Origin: Dipteris shenzhenensis
Taxonomy: Eukaryota
DNA: 64,000 nt
Assembly: GCA_047967505.1 (NCBI GenBank)
Contig: CM106538.1
Direction: 5' to 3' (one strand)
The notes under the pieces are model-generated. The model saw only the letters and a list, made by a program, of their open reading frames with translations. It made no database searches and had not been told where the DNA came from. The position numbers and the translations under genes are program-made. Below, piece by piece: positions 52,990 through 64,000 of the stretch; the first letter of the stretch is position 1; the number at the start of each line of letters is the position of its first letter.

Positions 52990-54290
52990 ACTTGGTATGT
53001 CACAATCCCTGTGATTGGAAGTGGATGATTATCTCCAAGATGGGGACATCTAGAGCTCCCTTGATTGGTGGATCATGTCTAAAACCAATCATGACAACAA
53101 CATGTGTTATGGTACACTTGAGTCCACAATCCCACATGCCCTTTGATGCAATCAAGATATGCATAGCTTGATGTCCTTCATATGTCCAAGCTATTAACAT
53201 GGCCTATCTGGCATAATTGTCCCTCTTTCAATTTCATAACGCATCTTATCTTAGATTTCACTTCTTTCAGGCCTTCTGAAGCATACTCTACTTCCAAGCC
53301 TTTCTCTGGCAATCATTGCTACCTTGAGGCTCTCAAAAGATGGGGAAAGGCATTGGAGCATCTGTAAAAATTTTTCCATTCCTAATACTTCTTGAGTTGG
53401 TTTGCCCTTGAGGACCTTCATCTTGTTTAGATGGTCCAACATCACCATCTCTCATCCAAGATTTGGCAATTGTGTCTTCAGATGGCATGTGACCAATACC
53501 TCATGCTCATAGATGGACATTAGCATGGAAGCATGGTCCATATATCAAATGATTTTGTGAAATGCATCACTTGGGAAAATGCTATACTTTTGAGACATGA
53601 TGTAAATATCTTAATAGCTTTGGCATTCAACTCATCATAGGCATCCTCATTTGTGTGTGTGGCAAGGTATGTTGGAGTAAGCAAATGTCGACATCTTCTG
53701 CTCCAGGAACAGACTATTTATCTAGCATTTCTACAAAAAATATTAGGGTGCCCAACACAAGAAACTCTACCACTGATGTCATCTTGATGATGACTAAAGC
53801 ACCTACACTGCACCAATATACCTTGTGCACAAATTATAATTGGCCTAATAGTGCCATTGTCCACCAAGTTGGTCAAAAGTGCTAATTCAAAAGAGCATCT
53901 TAAGGGCAAGTATTGCTCTATGATTTGGTTTAGACAAATCCAAATTTTGAGCTGTGGACAAAAAGTTGTGCAATCTTAAAAAAAGATGCCTTCTTATGCC
54001 AAATGTGGATAAGATTGCAATATGCTATTTTGGCCTTTAAAAATGTTGAGAAATTACTGAACTCCAAATTTTATGTTGGAGAACCTCTAGGGCTTTGCGT
54101 GGGCACAAATGTTGTCTCATGATGAAGCTTTCTTTTTAAAAAAATTGCCATTTTCTTTTTGCGTAAAGTGTTCTTCCAACTTGTATTTTAGAAGTGTTCT
54201 CCCAAGTTATATGTAAAGACTTGCCATTTTATTTTAATGCAAAGTGTTCTAACAATTGTATTGTGGAAACTTGAACTCACAACCTCCTCC
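52990..54290 (-). pseudogene. Second copy of the copia leader/gag (paralogous to 48300-50000, with about 350 bp deleted)
   Basis: Near-colinear match; the junction tctacttcca|agcctttctct joins positions equivalent to about 48610 and 48962. Confidence 0.85.
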
Positions 54291-54309
54291 TTTGGAGACT
54301 ATTGCTATT

Positions 54310-56842
54310 ACCACAATTCTCGCCTCTCTCTTTCTCTCTCGCCTTCTCTCCAAAAACTTCTTTCCCACTCTGTCTCTCTGTCTCTCTCTCTACCTGTCTC
54401 TCCACTTTTTCCTAATTTCCCCTGAACCCTCTCCCTTCCCAACTTAGCCCTCGACTATCCTAAGTTTTTCTTATTTTCTCCTAATTTTATCCTAAAATTT
54501 TCCCTACTTTTTTCCTAACTTGATTTTCCAAAATATCCTTAGTTTTATCCTAAATTTTCTCGATTTTTTCCTATTTTTTATCCTAATCCCCCCTGGCCCC
54601 CCTCCATCTAATTCCCCTCTCTCCCTATTTTTGCCTAATTTCTTTGTAAAGTCTCCCTATTTCTTTCCTAATTTTTAAAAATTTCCTAATTTCTCTAAAC
54701 TTTATCATTTTCTTTCGTTTATCCTAATTTTCCCTAATCTTTTTTATTTTCCTAAACTCAAAAAATTTCCTATTTTCCCCTATTACTCTTAATTTTTCTA
54801 AGTTTCTTTCTTGATTTTTTTCATTTAACGTAATTTTTCTAAAATCCCCCTTTTTTCCCCTTATTTTCTCCTATCCCTAAATTGTCCTTGTTCTCCTTAT
54901 TTTTCTCCTCTCCCTAATTCTCCCTAATATTAGCGACCCCCCATCCCATGTCTTCCCTATTTCTTCCCTAATTTATCATATTATTCCCTTTTTCCCCTAT
55001 TTCCCCAAAATTTTCCCTCTCTCCTTCCGCTCTCTAATCTTCTCTCTCTACCCCTAGCTCTCCCTAATTTCTCCCCACCCCCCTTTTTTTCTCCTTAGTT
55101 TTCCTTTGCTTACTTACCTAACTACACTAACAAACTAACCAAACTTCCTAAACTACCCCAACTCCCAGAATTTCTCCCACCTAACTACATCCTAACTACA
55201 CTTCTAGCTAACTACACTAACTAACTAACTAACCACTTTGCCTAGTTACCAAATGCACTTCCTTCAATTTTCCAATTTTTGCACCTTCTCGTTCCCGCCA
55301 ACTCCCAAACTCCCGACTATCAACCGACTGTAAAAACTTAAATAGGCCCCCATCTTATGTTTCAAGAGCTTTACCAGTCCTTCCTTGCCCCCTACCACCG
55401 TCAGTTCTTTGCCTTTGTGCTCTCCACCTGTTCCGTTTCTCTGCATGGTTCCCCCACTCAAGAAACCTACAGTCTGAAATTTCTACTTCACCAAGCTCGA
55501 CTTAGCTCGTGCTCTTGGTCGTCCTCGATATCGCTCGGCCCTCGAGCCATCTTTACTCCTCCTCGTTGTCTATGTGATCCTTTGAGACTTTTTTGCGCAT
55601 CCTCTTTTTGACCGTTGATATAACGTTTGGCCCCCTACACAATACACTTCACGCCTTCTTCCATCCGTTCTCGGTCTCTTTTAATCCACCTAGGCTCAAA
55701 GTACCCACTACCCACTTCACCCTCCACTTCAACTCCTTTCCACCACACGAATAGCTCACATAAGGTGGACTTTTTTGATGCATTTGTTCTTCGTTTTCTA
55801 TTTATTGTTAGGTTCTAAAGTCGTGTTGACCTTTAATGATTACTGTAATTCCCAAATGCCCCCCCGCTTCCCCCACCCCTAGAACTAGTTTTTTCTTTTC
55901 CCTTTTTATTAATAACCCCCCTTTCTATGTCTCTCCTAATTTTTATATAGAAAATGTCTCTCTTTAAAATTTAAATTAACCCTTCTAATTTTGACCCCCT
56001 TCTTTTTCATTTCTTTATACTTATTATTACCTATTTAAATCCTTTTGTATTTAAAACACTCTCGTAAATTTCTTTTTGCCTAATTTCTTTTTATGCTTCT
56101 AATTACTCTACACTAATAGTACATTTTAGTTTTTCTTAAGCTTAATTTTTATTTATTTGTAAAGATTACTTCTAAACCTTATCACTTTTTTATTTTTCTC
56201 GCTTTCCTTTCTTTTCCATTTTTTCGTTTTCTAATATCGCGAAACTTTTAAATAGTCACATCCCTTTTTAACCTTCTTTATCTATATAGCCTAATTTTTT
56301 CTAAATGGTTTCTCCTAAGATTTTTTCTCTCCCTACCTTCTATATGCTCATAACTTTAATTTTGTCCATTAAACTTAAATTCTCATTCATTTTTGGGAAA
56401 TGCTTATGTCTATTCTTCACTGCACCTCCACTTAATCACCGCCACGCACTCCAATTCCATATCTCTCAACAAATTTACTCCCAGCTCTTGCTCCCACCTC
56501 CCAAACAATACACTTAAGTCATCATGGTCCTTGATGTTTTGGCTCTTTTCATTACTCTTTTGACCAACACTATTTTATTCCACTAACCTTTTTGGTTTTC
56601 ACCTTTTTAAGGACTCTTATAACCCAAACAATTGTCAAAATTGCCCACTTTCCTCTCCATGCATGATATTGATGTTATTAGGACTGCAACGGAATCAATT
56701 TACTTCCGCACTACTAAATTATAACCTACCTTGCTCAACTACATATTTCCCATTCCTTAAAATTGCACTTCTTAATACTTCTTAACCTCTTTGGGTAGAG
56801 AGTAGATCATCACACTAGGTGATGACCTACTGTCTCACCTAG
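54310..56842 (+). mobile_element. Non-autonomous Helitron-like element (pyrimidine-rich); 3' hairpin and CTAG
   Basis: Hairpin agtagatcatcac-actag-gtgatgacctact (56801-56831) is followed 7 nt later by CTAG|T (56839-56843). Confidence 0.6.
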
Positions 56843-57184
56843 TATGTTGTATCCTATTGGGGCAAAGGTGGGTACACACACACACACACACGCACACACA
56901 CACACACTTTCCTCTTTTTCTCTTTTGTCCTTGCAATCTACCTTTTCTTCCCTTCAAAACCCTTTTTTAAACTACCTCTCAAAATTTCCCCCCCACTCTC
57001 TCTCTATCCTTCTTCTTCTTCTTTTGCCTAATTTTCCCTAAATTCCTCTTTCTTTCCCAATTTATCCCCTCTCTTTTCCCCTACTCTACTTGAGTATATT
57101 CTCCACTATCCTTTTTTCTCTTCTTCCCATGTAAATTACATTTCTTACCTTTGTACCCCTTTCAATAAACCCCTTTTAAACTGC

Positions 57185-59610
57185 AATTCCCCGGTCTCTC
57201 TTTCTCTCTCTCCTCTCCAAAAACTTCTTTCCCACACACAGACTCTCTCTCTCTCTCTACCCATCTCTCCACTTTTTCCTAATTTCCCCCAAATCCTTTC
57301 CCTTCCCAACTCATCCCCGACTATCCTAAGTTTTCGTTATTTTCTCCTAATTTTATCCCAAAATTTTCCCTAATTTTTTCCGAACTTGATGTTCCAAAAT
57401 CTCTTTAGTTTTATCCTAATTTTCTTGGGTTTTTCCTATATTTTATCCTAATCCCCCCCGGCCCCCCTCTATCTAATTCCCCTCTCTCCCTATTTTTCCT
57501 TAATTTCTTCCTAAAGTCTCCATATTTCTTGCCTAATTTTTTAAATTTTTTCTAATTTCTCCAAACTTTATCATTTTCTTTCCTTTTTCTTAATTTTTCC
57601 TAATCTTCCTTATTTTCCTAAACTCCTAAAATTTCCTATTTTCCCCTATTACTCTTAATTTTTTTCTAAATTTCTTTAGTTTTATCCTAATTTTCCTAGG
57701 TTTTTCCCTATTTTTTATCCTAATCCCCCCTCCCCCCCTCCATCTAATTCCCCTCTCTCCCTATATTTCCTTAATTTCTTCCTAAAGTCTCCCTATTTCT
57801 TGCCTAATTTTTTTAAATTTTCCTAATTTCTCCAAACTTCATCATTTTCTTTCCTTTTTCCTAATTTTCCCTACTCTTAAACTCCTAAACTCCTAAAATT
57901 TCCTATTTTCCCCTATTACTCTTAAATTTTTCTAAATTTCTTTCTTGATTTTTTTCATTTTACCTAATTTTTCTAAAATCGCTCTTTTTTTCCCTTATTT
58001 TCTCCTCTCCCTAAATTGTCGTTGTTCTCCCTATTTTTCTCCTGTCCCTAATTCTCTTTAATTTTACCTACCCCCCCATCCCCTCTCTTCCCTAATTTAT
58101 CATATTATTCCCTTTTCCCCCTATTTCCCCAAAATTTTCCCTCTCTCTCCTTCTGCTCTCTAATCTTCTCTCTCTACCCCTACCTCTCCCTTATTTCTCC
58201 CCACTCCTCTTTTTTTCTCCTTAGTTTTCCTTTACTTACCTAACTACACTAACAAACTAACCAAACTTCCTAAACTACCCCCAACTCCCAAAATTTCCCT
58301 CGCCTAACTACATCCTAGCTACACTTCTAGCTAACTACACTAACTAACTAACTAACCAATTTGCCTAGTTACCAAATGTACTTCCATCAATTTTCCAATT
58401 TTTGTGCCTTCTCGTTCTCGCCAACTCTCAAACTCCCGACTATCAACCGACTGTAAAAGCTTAAATAGGCCCTCATCTAATGTTTCCACGACTTTACTAG
58501 CCCTTCCCCGGCCCCTACCACCATTAGTTCTTCACCTTTGTGCTCTCCACCCATTCCATTTCTCTGCACGGTTCCCCCACTCAAGCAACCTACACTTTGA
58601 ACTTGCTACCTCACTAAGTTCGACTTAGCTCGTGCTCCTGGTCGTCCTCGATATCGCTCGGCCCTCGAGCCATCTTTACTCCTCCTCCTCGTCCGTGCGA
58701 TCCTGTGAGACTTTTTCGCGCAGCTTCTTTCTGACCGTTGATATAACGTTAGGCTCCTACATAGTCCACTTGCTCCATGGCTTCTTCCATCTGTTCTCGG
58801 TCTCTTTTAATCCACCTAGGCTCAAAATACCCACTACCCACTTTGCCCTCCACTTCAACTCCTTTCCACCACATGAATAGCTCGCATAAGGTGGACTTTT
58901 TCAATGCATTTGTTCTTTGGTTTCTATTTATTGTTAGGTTCTAAAGTCGTGTTGACCTTTATTGATTACAATAATTCCCAAACGCCCCCCCTCCCCCACT
59001 TCCCCGACCCCTAGAACCACTTTTCCCTTTTCCCTTTTTTCTCCCCTTATTAATAACCCCCTTTTTTATGTCTCTCCTAAATTTTTTTTAAAAGTCTCTT
59101 TAAAATTTAAATTAACCCTTTTAATTTTTTAATTCCCTCCTTGTTATGTTTGGCTTCTTCCCTCTGCTTTTTCATTTCTTTATACTTATTATTACCTCTT
59201 TAAATCCTTTTGTATTTAAAACACTCGCATAAATTCCTTTTTGCCTAATTTCTTTTGATGCTTCTAATTACTCTGCACTAATAGTAAATTTTATATTTTC
59301 TTAAGCTTAATTTTTATTTATTTATAAAGATTACTTCTAAACGTGATCACGTTTCTATATTTCTCCCTTTCCTTTTTTTTCCATTTACTCATTTCCTAAT
59401 ATCGCAAAACTTTTTAAATAGTCACATCCCTTTTTAACCTTCTTTGTCCATATAGGCTAATTTTTTCTAAATGGTCTCTCCTAACATTTTTTCTCTCCCT
59501 ATCTTCTATATGCTCATAACTTTAATTTTGTCCATTAAACTTAAATTCTCATTCTATTTTTGGGAAATGCTTATGTATATTTCTTCACTGCACCTCCACT
59601 TTATCACCCC
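57185..59610 (+). repeat. Second tandem, 3'-truncated copy of the 54310-56450 element
   Basis: Colinear match (for example gtcgtcctcgatatcgctcggccctcgagccatctttactcctcc), plus an internal duplication of about 270 bp at about 57400-57940. Confidence 0.9.
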
Positions 59611-59944
59611 CATAATTCTCTTAACATAGTTCAACAAAATCCATACAACTTTGCACTCATAATTTTTACAACTAGCTTAGTAAGTCAATGGTTAAGGATT
59701 TATTTTTTTTGTGACTCTGATAACAAGGGAGGGGTGTTTATGACACCTGTCTTCCCAACTAAGGTTTAACTGGTTCTCACCATGTTTTTCTTGTTGGATG
59801 GTGACAAGTATTCTGACTCCCCTCTTCAATAAAAATGATGCTTGCTACGAGTTATCCAAGCTCAACTTCTATGCGTTTACTCAAAATCATATCATTTTTT
59901 CAAAATGGCCTTATTAATAGGTGTTCACCAACTTGTATAAACAA

Positions 59945-62900
59945 GCCTCAATGTATGGCCAAGGAAAGGATTTATAAATGATACTGTTGTGAGTTTGGTG
60001 AAGATTGTCGAGCATACATGGAATTAGATTCTTGACGGCCCATTGTGAGGACACACAGTAAGACTGGAAGACTCTAAATAGTAGGTGTGAGTGCAACACT
60101 AAGGCCTTAGTGTAGGCACAAGAATTATTAGCTCAAAACGAATGGAAACTACCTCTTGCTGCCCACCATGTGCCTCAGCTTCCACTTTTCCTCAGCTTTA
60201 GCACATCTTGACTATTGGGTTCTCTCCCCCATCGTAATTGTGTTCCCCTTCCTACATGTGGGAACCATTGTCACCTTTTTGTTGGCCTTTTGTTTTGCTA
60301 GGCTCTGTTGGAAAAGCGGGGCGATGGAGTTGGCACCGAGGCTCGGTCGAAGTCTAGTGTTGGGCACAAGAGAATGGGCTGGGAGGAGCACCCAAAAAAA
60401 AAGGGCTGGCTGGGTCGATGGCAGAATAGGGGTGGAAGAGATAAAATGGAAGGAAGGTGACCAAGAGGAAGGAGGGCTGTCATGGCAGGCATGCAGGGGA
60501 GCACAGGCTCAGAAGCTCTTCGTCCAAAGCTTTTACTATTTACAAATATCTTAGGCCCATACCGGGGCCTTGTAGCATATGGAAGTACAAAAGCCCCAAT
60601 TTGCTTTGTCATTACCTATGCTCTGCCTTTAGAATGCCCTACCTATCTTAGGCTAGGGCCTGGGGGCATATGGAACTATACAAGCCCCAATGCCTGGTCA
60701 TTTACCCATGTTGATGCCTCTAAGACACCCCGTCCCATAGTTGATCTGCCTTTCCAAGCCTTTAGAAATGGGCACCACCCAAAAGCTGAGCTTTATCTTG
60801 TTTGAGCTATTTGAACTCGCTACACAAGCATCCAAAGCTCTTTTGGGCTTGTTACGAGCCTCAATGAGGCTTTTGGTGCAATAGGCCCCTATCGATCAAC
60901 TATCTTGCTTTCACAAATATGGTCATGGCCTTGCTTTCACCTCTTACACAAACCTCAAAAAAATAAATTCTTCAGCACAACCCCTCCCTGAGATCTAAAA
61001 AACCTACAAGAATCAGACACAAACAAACTGAAGAAACTTTTCACATAAAAAGGCAAGGGGAGGGAAACATATGACACACAATCTAGCCCCATGCATTTAA
61101 ACTCACACAGCTTTGAAAAGCGCCTCTCATCTTCCCCACATTGTACGGACACACAGTCCAAGAAGACTAGAAAACCCCCAAAGTGAATTGACTTAGAGGG
61201 GGGATCGTCAGTGAATTGAAAATAGAGTGCTAACATGGAAAATGAGGTCCTCAAAGTAGGAAAGAAGACAGCTAACACAAGATACCATGTTGAGACATGC
61301 TCTATTCATACACCATGTTGAAACATGCTTCTGCACACAACGCTCACAATGAAGGGGGAGAGAAGAGACAGTAGTTTGATGGCTATACAAATGTACGCTC
61401 TTTCTTTCGAAGAAAAGGACAATATATATATTGAACCCTACATCACTAGAGGGTTGCTCTTTTTGAAGAATTTGAAATGAATTCCATGCCATTGGCATAT
61501 TGTGCATTGCATGAATTTGGCAATTCCATGGATGGGGTGATAGAAGCTAGATGGAGTTTGCTTAAGATACATTGCAAAAGTTTGCCAAAAATTTCATCTA
61601 TTTTGCTTCCCATGCACCCATCACGAGGTACGCACAGATGTACTTCGAAGGGGGATGATTTGTGTTGACTATTGTATTAGTGCTAGTAATTCATATGTTA
61701 ACATTTGAGAAGTGTGAAGAATAGCCAAACCTTCTTTATCATACATTAGATATGTGTGGATGCTTATGACAAACTTGCTATTCACATTATTAGATTTGAC
61801 CTAAGTTGCCTTGGAAAAGATGAAGTTTCTTTAAGAAGCATTATAAGTAGCACCACAATCTGGAATTACCATACTATAATGTAAAACTAGCAATAGCCTA
61901 AATGTCTGAGAGATCAAGCAATCCTTGATTATTTGAATTGTCTTTTGATCTATTGAGATGCCATCCCATTGAGATAATAGTGTCTAAGTATTCCAAGCCA
62001 AGGAAAGACCACGTAATATGTATGCTTCGAGGAGTTTTGCCAATCCTTGATGGCATGAATTTTCTTTGGATCTTCATCAATTGAAACATTGTGTCCAAGA
62101 ATTCTAATTGTGCAAAACTTACTCTTTTCTATGTTGATCTAGAGTGCCATTAGCTTGAGTGAATTGGCTTGAAGAGCCTTAGATGTTCTTTATGATCAAT
62201 CCATGTTGTGTTGAAGACCAAGGCAACATAAAAAACAATGAGGTAAGCTTGAAAAAGTAGTTCAATATGATTCAAAAGTGTTATCTAAAGGGAATGACCA
62301 CACAAAGAAAGACTTCAACCTTTGTTTAAAATACATTATAATATTCATAGCTTATTGCTTCATTCTTTATTAACTTCTCAAATGTGAATTTGTTGTAGCC
62401 TTTGCATTGATATTTTAAAGTCTTTATAATGAAGAAATTGATAAAAGGCATGATAGAGGGTAGTCCATATGTAGAGATGTGTAGGCTTGTTCTTTTATTT
62501 TCAAGCAATAGGGCATGTTCTCACAAAATAAGTTGCAAATGGAACATGTCAAACAAATTTTCTTGCTTCTAGATGTGTAATTTGCAACATGTCAAACAAA
62601 TTTTCTCGCTTCTAGATGTGTAGTTGACTATCTGAAGGGAACCTGATCACGCTAGAGTTGGGAGATAGCATGGGAGATAGTTCATGCATTAACTAGTGAG
62701 GATTATTGACTCCTAGCCTTGAATGTATGGCCAAGGGAAGGATTTATAAACGATATTGTTGCGAGTTTGGTGAAGATTGTCAAGCATACATATGGAACTA
62801 GATTCTAGAAGGCAGACTAGCTCAAAACGGCTGGAAACTACCTCTTACTGCTCACCCTGTGCCTCGACTTCCCCTTTAGCGCATCTTGACTATTGGGTTC

Positions 62901-63405
62901 TCTCCCCCATTGCAATCGTGCTCCCCTTCCCACATGTGGGAAACTTCTCCCCTCCCATTGTCACCTTTTTGGTGACCCTTTTGTTTTGCTAGGCTCTGTT
63001 GGAAAAGCAGAGCGAGGGAGTTGGCACCGAGGCTCGGTCGGAGCCCAGTGCGGGGCAGAAGAGAACCCAGCCCAAAATGGGCTGGGAGGAGCACCCAAAA
63101 AAAGGGCTGGCTGGGTCGATAGCAGAATAGGGGTGGAAGAGGGTAAAATGGAAGGAAGGTGACCAAGAGGAAGAAGGGGGGCTGTCATGGCAGGCGTGAA
63201 GGGGAGCACAGGCTCAGTCCAAAGCTTTTACTATTTACAAATATCTTAGGCCCATACCAGGGCCTTGGAGCATATGGAAGTACAAAAGCCCCAATTTACT
63301 TTGTCATTACCTATGCTCTGCCTTTAGAACGCTCTACGTATCTTAGGCCAGGGCCTTGGGGCATATGGAACTATACAAGCCCCAATTTGCCTGGTCGTTT
63401 ACCTG
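59945..63405. repeat. Direct repeat pair, about 59945-60705 and 62715-63405 (LTR-like)
   Basis: Shared aatgtatggccaaggga.ggatttataaa, gcacatcttgactattgggttctctccccc, gggctggctgggtcgat and tacctatgctctgcctttagaa. The pair brackets the gypsy relic copy 2. Confidence 0.75.
60745..62270 (-). repeat. Copy 2 of the gypsy-relic repeat
   Basis: Colinear with 51450-52980, with a roughly 45-bp insertion near 61435-61480. Confidence 0.8.
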
Positions 63406-63761
63406 TCGTCCCTATATAATTCTCTCTACTAGTCCTAATGAGATAGCATGCCAATATTCGACAGACTATCTACAGCATACCCGACATTGACTATAATTGA
63501 TAAAAGGCCTGACAAAATGTGATTGCTCAGTATGAATGAAGAGCGGCCTCTGTCCAATACAGCCGATTGCTCTTCAAAAGCAATGTACCTGCCAAGAGAG
63601 TTGCTTACACAACTTACTACATCATGTTACGAGAATAGATTTTTTATCTCTAACATTCAAAAAGGTCTCATGGAAAAGAACTTACCTCCGTTGTCTACTT
63701 GAGAAGCTTATCCATCAAAGAGATGGCACATGATGATAGATAATCCACTACAACTTGGAAA

Positions 63762-63843
63762 AACTTCTTCATTTTCTGTTTTTACCCCCAAGAAACTGTC
63801 TTCATTTTCTGTTTTTACCCCCAAGAAACTGTCTTCATTTTCT
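63762..63843. repeat. 33-bp tandem repeat, about 2.5 copies
   Basis: Unit aaactgtcttcattttctgtttttacccccaag. Confidence 0.9.
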
Positions 63844-64000
63844 AAAAGCCATTGATGCCACAAATAAAAGTGCATCCGCGTTAACAATCTAAGTCGTTGA
63901 CGGACATCACTGAAAGCTTTATACTGGTGCTCTCAAAAGGATGTTAGACAAATACGGAAAGACAATAGATGTAAACACGCTTCCCCCAAGCAGCTAAGGT

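Overview
Land-plant nuclear DNA, probably a fern (inferred from gene content and TE style, not proven). About 85% of the window is nested, mostly decayed transposable elements: Ty3/gypsy, Ty1/copia, L1 LINE, hAT and a Helitron-like repeat. Two host genes sit divergently about 15.7 kb apart. (1) Minus strand: coding exons 1-3 of a UBP1/TIA-1-type RRM gene (21133-20007). Exon 4 is not in the window, so the whole 1-20006 TE nest appears to be one intron. (2) Plus strand: an intact 4-exon, 242-aa gene (36819-38578) that the ORF track shows only as fragments. Its product looks like a circularly permuted 2H-phosphoesterase with one His motif replaced by Lys. Its first intron holds a complete sense-strand MIR168 hairpin. 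The mature sequence UCGAUUGGUGCAGAUCGGGAA has an unusual A at position 4, and the hairpin is flanked by its own splice acceptor and donor, forming a candidate poison cassette exon. This host-gene/miR168 unit is the most notable feature. All calls were made by eye; no database searches were run.
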